DNA of 63,056 nt, filler included, from Collodictyon triciliatum (taxonomy: Eukaryota): the NCBI GenBank assembly GCA_043381765.1. It is 12 parts of 12 records of this genome, joined end to end, with 100 filler letters (N's around TTAATTAATTAA, not from the genome) between each part and the next. Parts side by side here need not be neighbours in the genome. Positions count along the whole stretch, not along the records: positions 33,389 to 38,854 come from JBHJMP010005179.1; positions 38,955 to 44,412 come from JBHJMP010005180.1; positions 44,513 to 49,059 come from JBHJMP010005181.1; positions 49,160 to 54,623 come from JBHJMP010005183.1; 8 more parts are not named here. One strand, written 5' to 3'. The notes below the pieces were generated by a model, which saw only the letters and a list, made by a program, of their open reading frames with translations, was not told the origin of the DNA and ran no database searches. This document shows positions 37,270 to 50,802 of this stretch, in pieces (the stretch's first letter is position 1; every line of letters starts with the position of its first letter). Position numbers and translations under genes: made by a program.

Positions 37270-38602
37270 GGATGTATATTCTCCACCCTCGTCGGATCCT
37301 GAGCACCCACCGAGCAATGATATTCCATGTACATCAAATTCTGAGCAAGAACCTCATAGTACGGTCGTAAAATATGCAACATCCAACTTCGGTCCCCATA
37401 ATACAACAACAGATGTGGCAATAGAACAAATGACCACCTCGCCGAGAAAGCAAAATATTGCGCACTACTTTGCTTTGAGGAATGAGACTAATCCTATAAA
37501 TTATGAAACCAGTCCTTTGTCTGAACATCAGCAAATACCTATCCAACCGACGCAAAAGTCAATCACTCCTTACCCTGGTCAATATCCCTCTTCCTCTCTG
37601 CCAACCTCGAGTTTGTGCCCAAATGAATGATCAAGTGTTGTGAATATATTGAATTGTCATGAAACTAATTCTATTCTACGTATAGGAGTGCCCATTAAGC
37701 CTCGTGATCTGCGTGAAATCCTTCCACAAAATAGCAATCCTGAAACGAATATTCAGTCACCTGAAGACGTACAAGAGCGTGAACTTCGTCATAATTATCT
37801 AGAACATCAGGGATTCTTTCTCAGGTGTGGGATTGTACCAGACACCCATGAGGACGTCCTTCTTTACAACGCATTTCATCTACTCCAAAACAAGCACAAC
37901 GAAAAAGCTTATGCAATATTCGAAATTCTCTACCAAAAGACTGTATTAAGATTAGCGGCGATATTGATGATGAGGCGCATTTTTATCTCAGACCCATCCG
38001 CATTGCCACGGCATAAAGACGAGGGGCTTTGGATTTACTCAAGGTATTTACTTAGCCTGGCTTGTGATTGTACATCAGATGACTTGAGAAATTCATATGA
38101 CGCGCTCATCTCGTTTTCGAAGAAAACAAGTGATGAAGTTGTCCAAGCAGGAGCCTACTATCTTCTAGCCGAGATCGAGTGCCATATCCTTGGAGACAAA
38201 AAAAAGTCGTTTGAATACCAACTCAAATCATCCAACGCGGGCTTCAAGTTGGCGCATTCCTTGGTGGCTGAGAGTTACTTGAGAGAATTTGGTACATCAT
38301 GCAATCTTATGCTGGCAGAAAAATATTATCGGCTTGCGTTGGATGTAGAGGATGTGTATGGTGCGTGTGGTTTGGCCATGTTACTGAAGAATAGTTCCAG
38401 TTTCACCGGAGAGCTCATGAATGTTTTCCGTGGTAATATCGAGGCAAGCACCCATCACATATACGTTATCGAATGCCTGGCATATTTCTATGAGAATGGA
38501 GTATGCGTCAAACGCAACTTACCTCACGCAAGAGAGCTGTATAGAAAAGCAGCTCTCGAAGGAAGTCCATATTCATTAAGCCGCTTAAACAAGATGGGGT
38601 GA
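35900..38602 (+). CDS. TKL-like pseudokinase fused to SEL1-like repeats (predicted exons 35900-36802, 37271-37610, 37686-38602)
   Basis: Kinase-fold motifs: HDNLARFIGWC, YHGRLHPGNIL (no catalytic Asp), KIMDLG, RYFAPE, DVCSMGIIMW, RPSIAQV. SEL1 motifs: LAYFYENGVCVKRNLPHARELYRKAALEG. Splice phases at both predicted introns are compatible, but intron 1 contains an N gap. Confidence 0.78.
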
Positions 38603-38954
38603 TTCTATCACAACTGTCACAATGGATCATGGCATCGTTCGTTATGAACATCCTATATTCGCTCTACTTATATTTTCTCTCTTTTTTCTTTCTGTTTTTC
38701 ATTTCTGTCTTCTCTCTTCTGCCTCTCATTTCTCTCGTTTCTGTCTCGTTTTTTTAATTTTCTTTTTCTTTTTCTTTTTCTTTTTCTTTTTCTTTTTCTT
38801 TTTCTTTTTCTTTTTCTTTTTCTTTTTCTTTTTCTTTTTCTTTTTCTTTTTCTTNNNNNNNNNNNNNNNNNNNNNNNNNNNNNNNNNNNNNNNNNNNNTT
38901 AATTAATTAANNNNNNNNNNNNNNNNNNNNNNNNNNNNNNNNNNNNNNNNNNNN

Positions 38955-39058
38955 TGTGCAAAACCAAAGGGAAACGTGGTTTTTGTGCAAAACCAAAGGG
39001 AAACGTGGTTTTTGTGCAAAACCAAAGGGAAACGTGGTTTTTGTGCAAAACCAAAGGG
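38955..39058. repeat. 29-bp minisatellite with internal dyad symmetry, at least 3.5 copies
   Basis: TGTGCAAAACCAAAGGGAAACGTGGTTTT begins at 38955, 38984, 39013 and 39042. GGTTTT-TGTGC-AAAACC forms an inverted repeat. Confidence 0.92.
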
Positions 39059-40516
39059 GGTGGAGAACCATGGGTTGACATAATATCTTTCGAATATTAT
39101 ATCGTGGATGTATCTTTTTCATTCATAATACCACACCCCTATCACGCGTTATTCGCTTAATCATTAAATACTAAAGGAAATGACCTCGTGTACGATAGAA
39201 AAGGCTATTAAGAGAATGTTTGTGTGCGAAAAGATGATGGAGCGATGGGAATGACACAGACAGATTGGTTTGCTTATCAAAGTCCACTCTTGGGTTGAGC
39301 CAAGAATTCATGGGTGAAAAATGCCCAGTTTTGGATGACTCCGAAGGAAAACTGAGGATGTTTTGCAAAGCCATCGACTCATCCCGCCTCATTATGCAAT
39401 CAGGTATTGAACTCATGCAAAATAAGGGCAACGCAAAGATTCTTGATTTTTCTATTTCGATTGTCCATGAATCTCTCGTAATAGTTATTTTCTCACCAGC
39501 TATGATGATGATATCAAGAAGACTACATCGCTCAAAAGATTAAAATAATAATAGTAGTTAAAATTAGAGTGAGAATAAGAGTAAAAACAAAAATAATAAC
39601 ATTAGGAAGAAGATACAAAAGTCCATGTTAACTAGAACAAGAGTCAGAGCTACGTATTCATCTCATGTTATAATGTTATTTTTTACGCCTTTAAACTCTT
39701 TTTTTTTTTTTTTTCCTCAAAAGAATCGGAAGAGCCTCCAAAAATCGTCTAATTGTTCTGCGGGGTGTTAGCCACTCACCTAACTTTTTTTTTTTCCAAA
39801 TGCTGGTTGGCCTCTCTTGCGTCTTATAAGAGAGCCTTTACAGTCCCCATAGCCGCCGCACACCTTTTGAGCCAAAGTCTCTGGGCCTTTCTCAACCCGA
39901 GGATGCGCGTCATTCTCCTAGCCCTGCGCGTAGCGCTGCAGCTTTCTTTGGCCGGGCCTTACCTGTCATGCGAAGCATAGACAAGCCTGCATCTCACCCT
40001 GCATCGTCCTCGCTTTCTGTCCACACTCAGAGGGAGTATCCACTCCACGTCAACAGCTCTGTGCTCTCCACAACGCAGGTCTATACACCGCATGGGTACA
40101 GCGTTGAGACCTCAACAGACGCAGTTAATCCTTTACCCGAGTAGCAATTGAGAGGGAACAATTTTTTTTTCTTATTGTATTTTCTGTCTCATAAAATCTT
40201 CTTCCATTCTTGTTAGTGGATTTGTCACAAGGTGAAACATCGATGTTTCGGTATCACTTTTAAAGATACGTTTTCTGCCTTGGTGAGGTATTTGTGTCTC
40301 GCTTCAATCTAGCTTGATGACAGCGCACCTTCTCGGATGGGTTGGTATGTGTCTATGGCTCAATAGCCTCTTGTTTGCTTGCAATATTCGCTCTCAGTAA
40401 TAGACTAAAATTAAAAAAATGCGTATGAAGAGAGATGGTGGTTTGGATTCGGGTTGACGATAGCGGCAGGAATGTGTGTAGAAAGTTTAGTCTAGGAGCC
40501 GGGTTTCAAGCACTTT

Positions 40517-43500
40517 CTACCACGTCACCCCAGAAATGTCCAGCAAAGTAATGGTTACGGACAGCACAAAAGAGATTCCCCCAAACGCTACCAATGCTGT
40601 CGGCCAAAAGCGGGCTTTCCTGTCCTCCTGTAATGATGTAGTATTCGTTTATAACTAAATATGTATAAACATTATGGGGACTGAAAATTCTTTTTATCAG
40701 AATGAATATGTAATTTGTGCTCGCCCGCTTCAGTGAATAAGAGATGTCTAGTCAGCCTTTGGCAAAGGTAAACCTAAACTGCGCTTTGAAAGAAATTGAA
40801 AACACTGTTATATGGCGTATACACTCACAGGAGGAATCAGCTTCAGATACATCATCCCCGGGAAAACGTAGCACATAGTTGGGGCTCCAACAGCACCAGT
40901 CAGAGCAAAGACCTGGATTTGTTACTTATCGTTAGAATTTACTTAATTCCCATAGAATAGAAAGATGTTATCATAAGAAATATTGTATTTTATCGTAAAA
41001 GTGATCAGTCTGTTAACTAAACAAGATATCGTTAGGGACACAGAGGAAGAAAAACAGGCCACGAATATTACAGAAAAGACTCCAGTTAAAAAAATGGGGT
41101 ATCCTTGGAAAAGGGTTGTTTATGCTGGTAGATAAAATGACATCCTTATTTTGATTCTACTTTACCTGTGTCAGGCTGGGTGCGAAGATGGCCACAAGAA
41201 GGGACAGGCTGATGATGAAAAGACCTTGCAAGAAAATAATATGCCTTGCAAACGGTGGAAAATGAAGAACATCCTCATTCTCAAGAGATTTCTGTGTATA
41301 TGAGAGATTTCAATTATTTTTTGTGCTAAGGCTTTATTATTTATTTCATCATCCCAATCAAATAAGATTGGATATAGAAATACAACAAAGCGCGCTTTCA
41401 AAGCCAACATCTCTACCATTCTGCACAAAATTGAAAGGAAGAATAAAAAAAAAAAACACAGCACGTTTTAATATTTAAAAAAAATCCGTATTCCCTTTTA
41501 GAAAACATGCAAACTAAAATTACGACGATGGGCCATTCGTTGCATACGATATTAAGAAAAGAAAGAAAAGAAAGAAAAGAAAGAAAAGAAAGAAAAGAAA
41601 GAAAAGAAAGAAAAGAAAGAAAAGAAAGAAAAGAAAGAAAGAAGGATACTTGAAGGAGCATCCACGCATCGCCACTTTTGTAAAGACAATAAAGCTGATC
41701 AACTGAGTGCCTCAGTGGCTGGTAAATGATGGGATAAGAGAAGGTGATGACCGTGCTCAACGACACTCTCCCAACCGCTGCATCGAACAAAATGAGCGAG
41801 ACAAAACAAGACAAAAAAATTACAAATTATCATCAATATTTTTGCTCTTAACGGTTAAGCATGAATTAGGTATAGATAATGCACTCACCAGCAACAACGT
41901 CGTCATTGTCATAATTTGACAGGATATTATCTTCTGTGTCATCTGAAAATTTTGGTAATCGCAGAACAAAGAAAAAGCACAAATTCTGCATTAAGTGTAG
42001 CACATTCGTTTCAATATTCGAATGAATTGAAATAGCATATTCAAGCTTTTTTTTAAAAAAATAAAATAAAAAAGCACCTCCGAACTGAACGTATCCGAAT
42101 GAGGCAACGGTGGTGTAAACAACTGATGTTTTCGATCAAGAAACAGTAACTAAAGAGAAATGGATACATACCAAAAAAAAATGCAGAGAAGCATATGTAC
42201 GAATATGTGTATACTATAAAACTCTATTTGAAAATTGCAATTACAAAAGCAGATAGACAGTGAGTAGCGAATGAGTTGGTTGGCTACAATATCAGACGTT
42301 GGCTTTCGGAGCTCAGAGTAAACGGGAATCATCTGACCAAAAAAAACCGTACGGTTAGATATAAACATTAAAAATCTCCTATCGTCATATGGTCGATTTT
42401 CTATCTACTTTGCAAAGATATTGCTATGAAAGATTTTCAATTTATTTTCTAAAACTGTGTGAGAAAAAGATGGAAAAACCTGGGCACTGCAATTGTATGC
42501 AAAAAGAACAATAGGCAGGGCAATGAAAAAATCAAGACCCATTTGGAACTTGCCCGAACAAGAAAATCAGTTCAGATATGGATAGACATTGGTGTTGAGA
42601 GATATCCAGCTCAGAAATTCTGATACGGAAATGTTTGTATGTACATATGTTTGTTTGTTAGAAGAAAAAAAAGGGAAACATAATTACCTGTTTGATATTC
42701 TCCACGTCGTTTTTGTCAATATATTCTGCGCTCTTTCCCACAACCATGAATGTGATAAAGATAATGCAAATGATGGCCGCTAATGAGGAGTGCTTCAAAT
42801 AGTCCATCGTTGGAAGCAGACTCAAAGGGAGCAAAATACAGTACTAAACGCATCCAAAATTTGGGAGTTATCACATGAAAATATGTTTTTTTTTCTCCCC
42901 TTTTATTGCAGATCTACTATTTCTGAGCGTGCATTGATATGAACATACCGTAATAGTGACCATCAAGATGGTTCTCAGGTCATTTGCACTTATGCTGAAA
43001 TCGGTAAACTCCTCGAATATGGGCTTCATCGTGTCGCCGATGACTGATATGAAGCTGATCGTTCATATATATGCAGAAAAGTATAGAAGTGTATGTCGTT
43101 CATTGCCTTTAAATTGACACGTACCGATCAGATACGCAACAAGAACCCCAAAACTGTATACTGCTTGAATCACATCTAAGGTGACACACAGCCAAGGGCC
43201 ACACGTCTTTAGTGCGACCTATTTTAAACGACCATAAATTATGAATTATGTTTTGTTTATGAGAGTACGAACGATTAGACTATTTCTCTGGTCATGCCAA
43301 GGCCTTTACATATCGACATGATTGATTGGGAGATATATGGTGATGAAAATAAAAGAGCTACATACACGACTGTATGAGTTTTGTTTTGTTTCCAAGCTGC
43401 ATCGATGAAGAAGGAAATATGCGTAGTTTGCCAGGAACGCCACAACCACAATCATGATTATCCCAAAAGTCAGTCCAAGAATCTACAAAGTATCAAAGCC

Positions 43501-44083
43501 TTTTAGAATACCAGTTAATCCCCAAACTTCATTTGTGAAACAAAAGAAAAAGGAAATCCAGGAATTTATCATGCTTGGGATATAATTCTACTGTGGTGAG
43601 CTAAATTCTACCACTGCGCTCTACATGTCATGCAACAACAAACACAAATGAAGTCGCAAGGACCACGTAACACAATTAGTTATAATGATTAATGAAGAGA
43701 GAAATATGTGGTTAAAGAGAAATAAAAGAACAAATCAAACAAATCAAACAAATCAAACAAATCAAACAAATCAAACAAATCAAACAAATCAATTAAATCA
43801 ATTAAATCAATTAAATCAAACAAATCAAACAAGTGATTGAAGAGGGAGAAAAAGTCGAAGGATCACCCGACCAGCGTCTGTATACCTTGAGGCAATATGG
43901 CAAAGCCAAGACACCAGCACCGAGAATGGCGTTTGTGAGGTTGAAGACAGCGGCTGAAAGCGACGTGACGATCTTTGGCTGCTTGTGAATCTCACCGGAA
44001 TGCAGCAGGGGAAGCGCAGAGCCGGGATCTTCGGCCAGGTAGTTTATACCCGGTGTGGGTGGGAGTGGCGTGCTTGGCTGCAT
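40517..44083 (-). CDS. Amino-acid transporter (Aa_trans / SLC38-AVT-like), multi-exon
   Basis: TSLSAAVFNLTNAILGAGVLALPYCLK, YSFGVLVAYL, FGQMIPVYSELRKPT, VFALTGAVGAPTMCYVFPGMMYLKL and a terminal TM exon ending ...LDISGVTW*. The start codon is uncertain. Confidence 0.88.
41399..41456 (+). mobile_element. 5'-truncated LINE 3' end with poly(A), in a transporter intron
   Basis: CAAAGCCAACATCTCTACCATTCTGCACAAAATTGAAAGGAAGAAT-A12 matches 45028-45082. Confidence 0.8.
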
Positions 44084-44512
44084 CCCTTCGTAACGCCCGG
44101 AGTTAATATATTTTCACTCTTGACTCGGCTTCGTTTGTTTCGAGTGAGTCTAGTATCGTGCGAAAGAGAAAGGAGGAGAGAGAGAGAGAGAAAAAACGAA
44201 ATCACTTCTCTCAACAGACACAGGAGTGATTGAAGAGCGTTCTATTTTGTGCGGTACGTGCAATGCGCACAAGTCTAAGTGTGGTTGGGAAGGAGCCGCA
44301 AAGAACAATAGGGACGCGGCTCGTTTGATGTGGCAGTGTTTCGCATGTCACGGTTGTGGAGCTATCAGCAGAATAAAGTGTACACGCACAAACCTTGAAT
44401 CAAAACAAAAAANNNNNNNNNNNNNNNNNNNNNNNNNNNNNNNNNNNNNNNNNNNNTTAATTAATTAANNNNNNNNNNNNNNNNNNNNNNNNNNNNNNNN
44501 NNNNNNNNNNNN

Positions 44513-45082
44513 GAATCCATTGAGCACACATTTGCGCAATGTCCCTTCGCTCAAAACCTGCGCGAAACAGCCGGTGAGATTCTTCGACTGACACTCAAGA
44601 CGGCTGCGGCTGTTGGCCCAATCCAGGCGATATTTGGACATCTTCAACAGCTGCGTCCAGATGCAAAAACATTCTGGGCAGTGACGCGAGGCCATTTGCT
44701 ATGGACTATGTGGATAACACGCATATACTCACGCAAAGCAAGACTCAACAACCAGCCGCTCATTTTTGATAACAGGCTGGATGACATCATACAAGTCTCT
44801 TTCCTCAATAGCTATCTTTGCCGCCTGCACGTTCTCTACTACTCCGACCCTGTGAGAAGAGACATGTGGAAAGAAGCTGAGGAAGATATTAAACCTCGCC
44901 TTGTCTCTCTCATATAAGCACAAGACCCAGGCTACAGGCCAAACCGCAGGATGCAATTCCTGATTACCGGCTACTTCTCCACCACCCAGCCGACAAGTAG
45001 AGTCCACGCAAACGACGGCTAGCGAACCAAAGCCAGCATCTCCACCATCCTGCACAAAATTGAAAGGAAGAATAAAAAAAAA
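44513..45082 (+). mobile_element. L1/Tx1-clade non-LTR retrotransposon: ORF2 C-terminus, 3' UTR and poly(A)
   Basis: ESIEHTFAQCP (end of a CCHC zinc knuckle) is followed, after a frameshift, by HLLWTMWITR (WxxWxxR motif) with a stop at 44917. The 3' UTR ends GAAAGGAAGAAT-A9 and this tail recurs three more times in the window. Confidence 0.78.
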
Positions 45083-45454
45083 GCTTACCTGAGATTCCAA
45101 TCAAAATAATTATACCACACAAGACGAAGGAATACCATTTTCCTCCCTTTTTTTTTTATTTATTTATTAGATAATAATAAACAAAAAACCTAGCAAAGTC
45201 AGTATCTATACATCAAAAGAGAAAATTGAAAAGAACATGGGACTGGATGTTATTCCATAATTTATTATGAGAATAACTATAACCTCACAAGTGAGCCCAA
45301 TCGAAAGGGAATTAGCGTTCCAGAATTAAAATCAGATAAATCCAGCTTTCCGATCTTTCTTCGATTCAAGGGAAGGAATTTTTGCAATAAAATATTCAGA
45401 TATATATATATATTCAAAAGAAGCCAATAAACATCATGAATATTGTTTATGAAA

Positions 45455-45690
<236 letters not shown>

Positions 45691-47778
45691 AACATAAAGA
45701 ACTCATCCATTCCACCGGAATGAAATTATCTTAGATTCCATTTAGCCTCTCCACGGTAGTGTCTTCCTCTACTCGCGTTTGCTCTCTACCATGCGCTCCA
45801 ATCCCGCCCCTTTGTATCGCATAACCTCTCTGCACTTTGAATCGAATAAAGGAAAAAAATATCTTAGGTTGCATTTTTTTTAAACACGTTCAAGTCCCAT
45901 TTTATCCCCCAAGGTGGCACCATTTTTTAACCCAGCTAGAGGCAACTCGTTCAGTAATTAAATAAATGATTTTATTTATTACTATGACAACTTCCGTAGT
46001 TTTTTAAAAACATTCCTTTTACTCGTTAGTATAATTGTTAGATAAAAGAGAAAATTATATAAGGGAATTTCATGTGCACCCTAGAGTAACTAAGAATTTG
46101 CCGGGTGTCAACCAAGCTGAGAAACTTAAGATATTAGGATACTTTTTTTTTTTCTGAAGGCCTTAATCTCTTATCTCGCTTGTATTGAAAGGAAGAATAT
46201 ACATATATTCATATATTATTCTTTTTTGAAAAGGTTCATACATATCTTCCATTTGCGTCACATGCCAAGGTAAAAAATTTTCATTCAAAGCCAGTTTAAA
46301 AGTCAATGAATTTTTATCAGTTCCCTACTTGCGAATTGCCATTCGATCAAATATGTAAGACACGAATGAAAATGCCCTTTTATGTGTAGCCAACATCAAC
46401 TCATGAAATATTATCCCCTAAAACGCTTTTGGAAAGACAAACTATGGTCATAAATTATTATCGATCAGTTTTGTTAGTTCACTCGAGGCAGTTAAAATGA
46501 TTCATCTACGAAAGAGTGTCAATGGCTAAACAATAGTCTTGGCTGCTCACAATCGGCATGAAAAATGAGTCTTTAAGAACCTAGGACATACAATAGAAAG
46601 TGATTTTTTCCGTTGAAACTTTTCAAAAACGACCCAATGGACTGCGATGATGACTTGAATAAGTTCCTTACTATGTGTTAATTCGAAGGATTCTTTAAAA
46701 TGTGTTACTTCAAAAAGTAAGGAGGAATTAAAATCAACCGATATATTAACGACATAAATAGGTAAAACACTGGTAGTGAATCTATTCCTACTGAAGTAAT
46801 TTGATAATGGAGCAGTTGGCTGTTTTCTTAGTGTTGCAATTTAAATTAGTTTCGAAAAGAGACAGAAGCACGCTTACAGATGGTTTGGTTGTAAATCCTC
46901 TATGTAAATATAAATGTATAGAATAATAATTCAAATGAATATCCTCGAACAGATTTCGGCAGATTCGATTATGAGAGTGAGGTTATTCATACGAAATCGC
47001 TTATTTTACATGAGAAGTTCATAATCATTTGCCAATTTATTTAGACCATGATTGAATGAAGCCCTTTCCAGCTCCTCTGATTCCTGTAAGTGAGACACAT
47101 GAACCAAATGAGTCCATTAAAATATTATACACTTTTTTTTATGAATGAGTAAATGATGATGTCCTAGATCAACATTATCTTAGGAATGCATTTTATAATG
47201 CAGGAGTGGTTTAATGATTTTTCCTTTTAATATTAGCATGAGCGAGAGTATTCGCTTTAGTTTGTCTGGTCTTCTTAAGTCACGGGTTGAGTATTTAAAA
47301 TTCATTTTGAAAACTAATTCACTCCTTTCGAAATGTTTGGTTTCAAAAAGAGAGAGAAAACAGCATCATACGACATATCAATAAACCCCAATCATTCACT
47401 CCTGAATGACTAAATCCCATTTTAATAGATAAGTATGTAAATCCTCTATGAAAGCGGATAGCTAGAAGATTTTTCGGGGTTTAATAAAAAATAATTCATT
47501 TTAAACACATTAGCTAATTTTCCATCGCTTAACAATAAAAGTTAACATGAAGTCATCCTTACAACTTGAAAGACTATATAACGCAATAGGAAACGACCGA
47601 AGTATGGTCGCCCGAACTAGAACTAAAGGAGTATTACAAAAAAACCAGAATTGGGGAATGGTATTTCTGGTGGATACAGAGAGAAACCTATTGCCAATCC
47701 TTTCAGGTGCAACATGTGTTCAAATTGAATCGAAAACCATAAACAAAACATTTAAATTACTACAAAACTAGACCCCTA

Positions 47779-48755
47779 ATGACATCGAGGTGGAGTAGTG
47801 AAGAAGACGATATTCTTTCAAAGAACGTCTCTCTTGGTCTCTCTTGGGAAGAAATCGCTCTGCTTGTGTCTGTGTCTAAATCAAATAGTCCAAAGACCAC
47901 GCGCCAATGCCGCCAAAGATGGTTTCGAGTGCTTGACCCGAGAATAAAAAAGGTTTGTCTGGAATCGTGGGCAATACCACAACTTCTTTGCGCTTCGGGC
48001 GATCCCCTTCTCGGTCAAAGATAAACTCAATGTTAACTATATCAACAACATTTTCTTCTTCATTGGTAGGGTTCTTGGACAAAAGGAGAAGATGATGCGC
48101 TGGAGCTCGCTATTCAAAGGTACGGCGAGCACTCCTGGTCACTGGTAAGTATTTTGATCGCCACAAACGCTTCCTTCTCTCCTCTGAAACAAGTACACAA
48201 ACAAGGAGGTAGTTTATCACTTTTTATTGTTCTAGATCGCAAGAGAGGTTTGTGGAAGAACTGGACTACAGTGCAGGACGAGGTGGGTCCAGAAAAAGGA
48301 AAAGGCTCTCATAGAGGAGGAAAAATTGGCAGGTAAAGGGGAATTGCAGGACACTTTCTACCATTGTAATATTTGCGCCACACTTACGAGTGTTAAATGC
48401 TGTCTATGTTAACTAGCTTTGAGCATTTCTATGATAAAAAATGCCCAAGCTTTTATCATTCATATCACAACATGTGATTTCTTTAGGGGCATCGACAAAG
48501 CGAAAGGATGTTGGTACAGAGTCTCACCATATAGATGAGAAGGAATCTCATTTATCAGAAAAATCCCAAAAACCTTATGGGAGAAATCATTCGCCCTCTG
48601 AGACTATAACAGTTGTAGACCATAGTTCTGAGGGAGGGATGAAACTCACGCCGCCCAACCATGATGAACACTCGTTGAGAGTAAGAAGGAATCACTCAAG
48701 TCCAGCACCTCACAAAGGGATAAGCAAGTCATCTTTGAGTTGGATATTGAATTGA
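47779..48755 (+). CDS. Two-repeat Myb/SANT transcription factor, 4 exons
   Basis: Exons 47779-47952, 48070-48144, 48236-48332 and 48487-48755 join in frame: WSSEEDDIL..WEEIA..KTTRQCRQRWFRVLDPRIKK|GSWTKGEDDAL..YGEHSWSL|IAREVCGRTGLQCRTRW. The protein ends KSSLSWILN*. Confidence 0.88.
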
Positions 48756-48961
48756 GTTTTTTTGTGCTGCTGTGTTCATAATTACAAGGCCATTTTTGGC
48801 CCAAAGGTACAAACAAACACAATATATATATAAATAAATAAAGAATGTGGCTCGCTAAAATACAATCCGGGCGATGTAATGTACATTGGAAATGATGCAA
48901 GAATGCCACATATCACCGTTTTTCTTCATAGTTCTTGAATCAAGTTTAAATTACATGTTCA

Positions 48962-49040
<79 letters not shown>

Positions 49041-49797
49041 TTATTAGTGGTAAATTTTTNNNNNNNNNNNNNNNNNNNNNNNNNNNNNNNNNNNNNNNNN
49101 NNNTTAATTAATTAANNNNNNNNNNNNNNNNNNNNNNNNNNNNNNNNNNNNNNNNNNNNGCTATATGCTTTATTGACAATTTTTTTTTTTTTTGTTTTGT
49201 TATTATCTGCCTGTTACTTGCTTATGTTTCTCAGGTGGATCGACTTTGTCTGGTGTGATCCGCCCTTCACTATGCCATATGTTTCACAAGGTGATCGATC
49301 AGTGCGCAAACTTTGGAAAGAGATGAACCAACGCAATGCGAACGAGTCCTGGCGCGTTCGCTTGGCGCGTTGGTCCGCTTCTGATGTTGGATGCATAATT
49401 AATTAGTATATAAATAATATGTAATATCATTTTAACGGTATGTGAGAATTATAAGCCATTATTAAATTCGTAAAATCGTATATATTTTAATTTCCACGAC
49501 TGGGATATGATTTCTTTTTTATTTGTTCCATACAATTTCTTCGGTAGTTACAAAGCGGAGAAAAAAATGTGCAGAAAGGAATACACAGCACCCCACACAG
49601 GACAAGACTTTCGATTCAGTTTATTATTTCATGGAGTTTGATACTGGTGGGCATAAATCCCATTTCAGTCGAATAGTAGGTATTCATTATATTTTCATAG
49701 TCGGATATGAAAACGGCACTTTTTCGAATGATTTTTTTCCTGTACGTGCATGCTGCCTTGGTTTTCTTCTTTTTTTTTTTTTTTGGGTATATTGTGC

Positions 49798-50802
49798 TCA
49801 ATTCATGATGAAAGAAAGACTTGCTTTGGAGGTTACATTAGATCTTACCGAGGATGCATCAGGGATACTTTTCATCGCTGTTTTTTTTTCTGGGGGGCCA
49901 ACCACACTATGGCCCGACACCGAAGCACCAGCATTACTACAGTCCGCATCCTTCTTGGGAGGAGAAGGCAGCGGCGTCAATAATTCAGTTGCTCTCATTG
50001 TAGTATCGAAGAAACCTCCTGTTAGACCTATACTAGCCGATGCAAGGTCCTCGTTCTGAGAGTCCAAGTGGGTGCTCAGAGCCATGTGCGCCTCTCTGGC
50101 ATCCAAGTAATTATCGTATTGGAGCCTTTCAGCTCTAGTGCCAGGGTGAATGGTATATTCTTGATCGTCACTCTCTTCTTCACAGCTGCTGTGGTGCTTG
50201 CTCTTGGGCGTAGGCTCCTTGGATTCATCGCAGTAAGCTTCTTTGCCCCGATATGTAACATCTACAAAAACTTCCGTTTCTGTTTCAGTGTCGCGCATTT
50301 CTCTTTGCTGCTCTGCATCTATCTGGCTCTCCTCTTGTCCATGAAGTGACCTACTTTGTTTTTGGAACCACGGGCACTTTCCTTGTGAGCGCCAAAGAAG
50401 CCAACGGGTTCGACATTGTATATCTGTGCGTGTCTCAATTCTGCGAGCAATAGCCGCCCAGGAACTTATACCAAGCTCCAATATTCCTTTGCGCAAGAGG
50501 TTATCTTCGTGAGGACTCCACGTTCCTTTGCGAATATTTGGGTGCAATACGCGGGTGTAACGTTGGGCGCATTGTTTGCTAGTTCTTTGCATTGAGGCGT
50601 CATATATGTATCTTGATTCGTTGTAAGCTTTCAGATGCTTTGATATAACCCTCCAACGGAGTCCCCTCTGTGCCAAAGTGGTTAGGATGGCGTCCTCTGC
50701 CTCAGTCCAGGGTATTTGCTCTAGCTTTTTCTTTGAGGGTGTATTTTTGCCGTTTAGGATATCGTTTCCTGTAAGGATAGTGAAATCCCCGACGGCTGCC
50801 AT
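49798..50802 (-). CDS. Two-repeat Myb/SANT transcription factor, intronless
   Basis: WTEAEDAIL..WRVISKHL..RTSKQCAQRYTRVLHPNIRKGTWSPHEDNLL..SWAAIARRIETRTDIQCRTRW. The protein ends KASLSFIMN*. Confidence 0.9.
   Translation of the reverse strand: MAAVGDFTILTGNDILNGKNTPSKKKLEQIPWTEAEDAILTTLAQRGLRWRVISKHLKAYNESRYIYDASMQRTSKQCAQRYTRVLHPNIRKGTWSPHEDNLLRKGILELGISSWAAIARRIETRTDIQCRTRWLLWRSQGKCPWFQKQSRSLHGQEESQIDAEQQREMRDTETETEVFVDVTYRGKEAYCDESKEPTPKSKHHSSCEEESDDQEYTIHPGTRAERLQYDNYLDAREAHMALSTHLDSQNEDLASASIGLTGGFFDTTMRATELLTPLPSPPKKDADCSNAGASVSGHSVVGPPEKKTAMKSIPDASSVRSNVTSKASLSFIMN

Noticed and set aside
38955-39058. CRISPR-like palindromic 29-bp repeat
   Set aside because: The units are head-to-tail with no spacers.
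45720-47500. Long AT-rich stretch as a decayed transposon or ncRNA locus
   Set aside because: I found no ORF remnant, terminal repeat or convincing structure.
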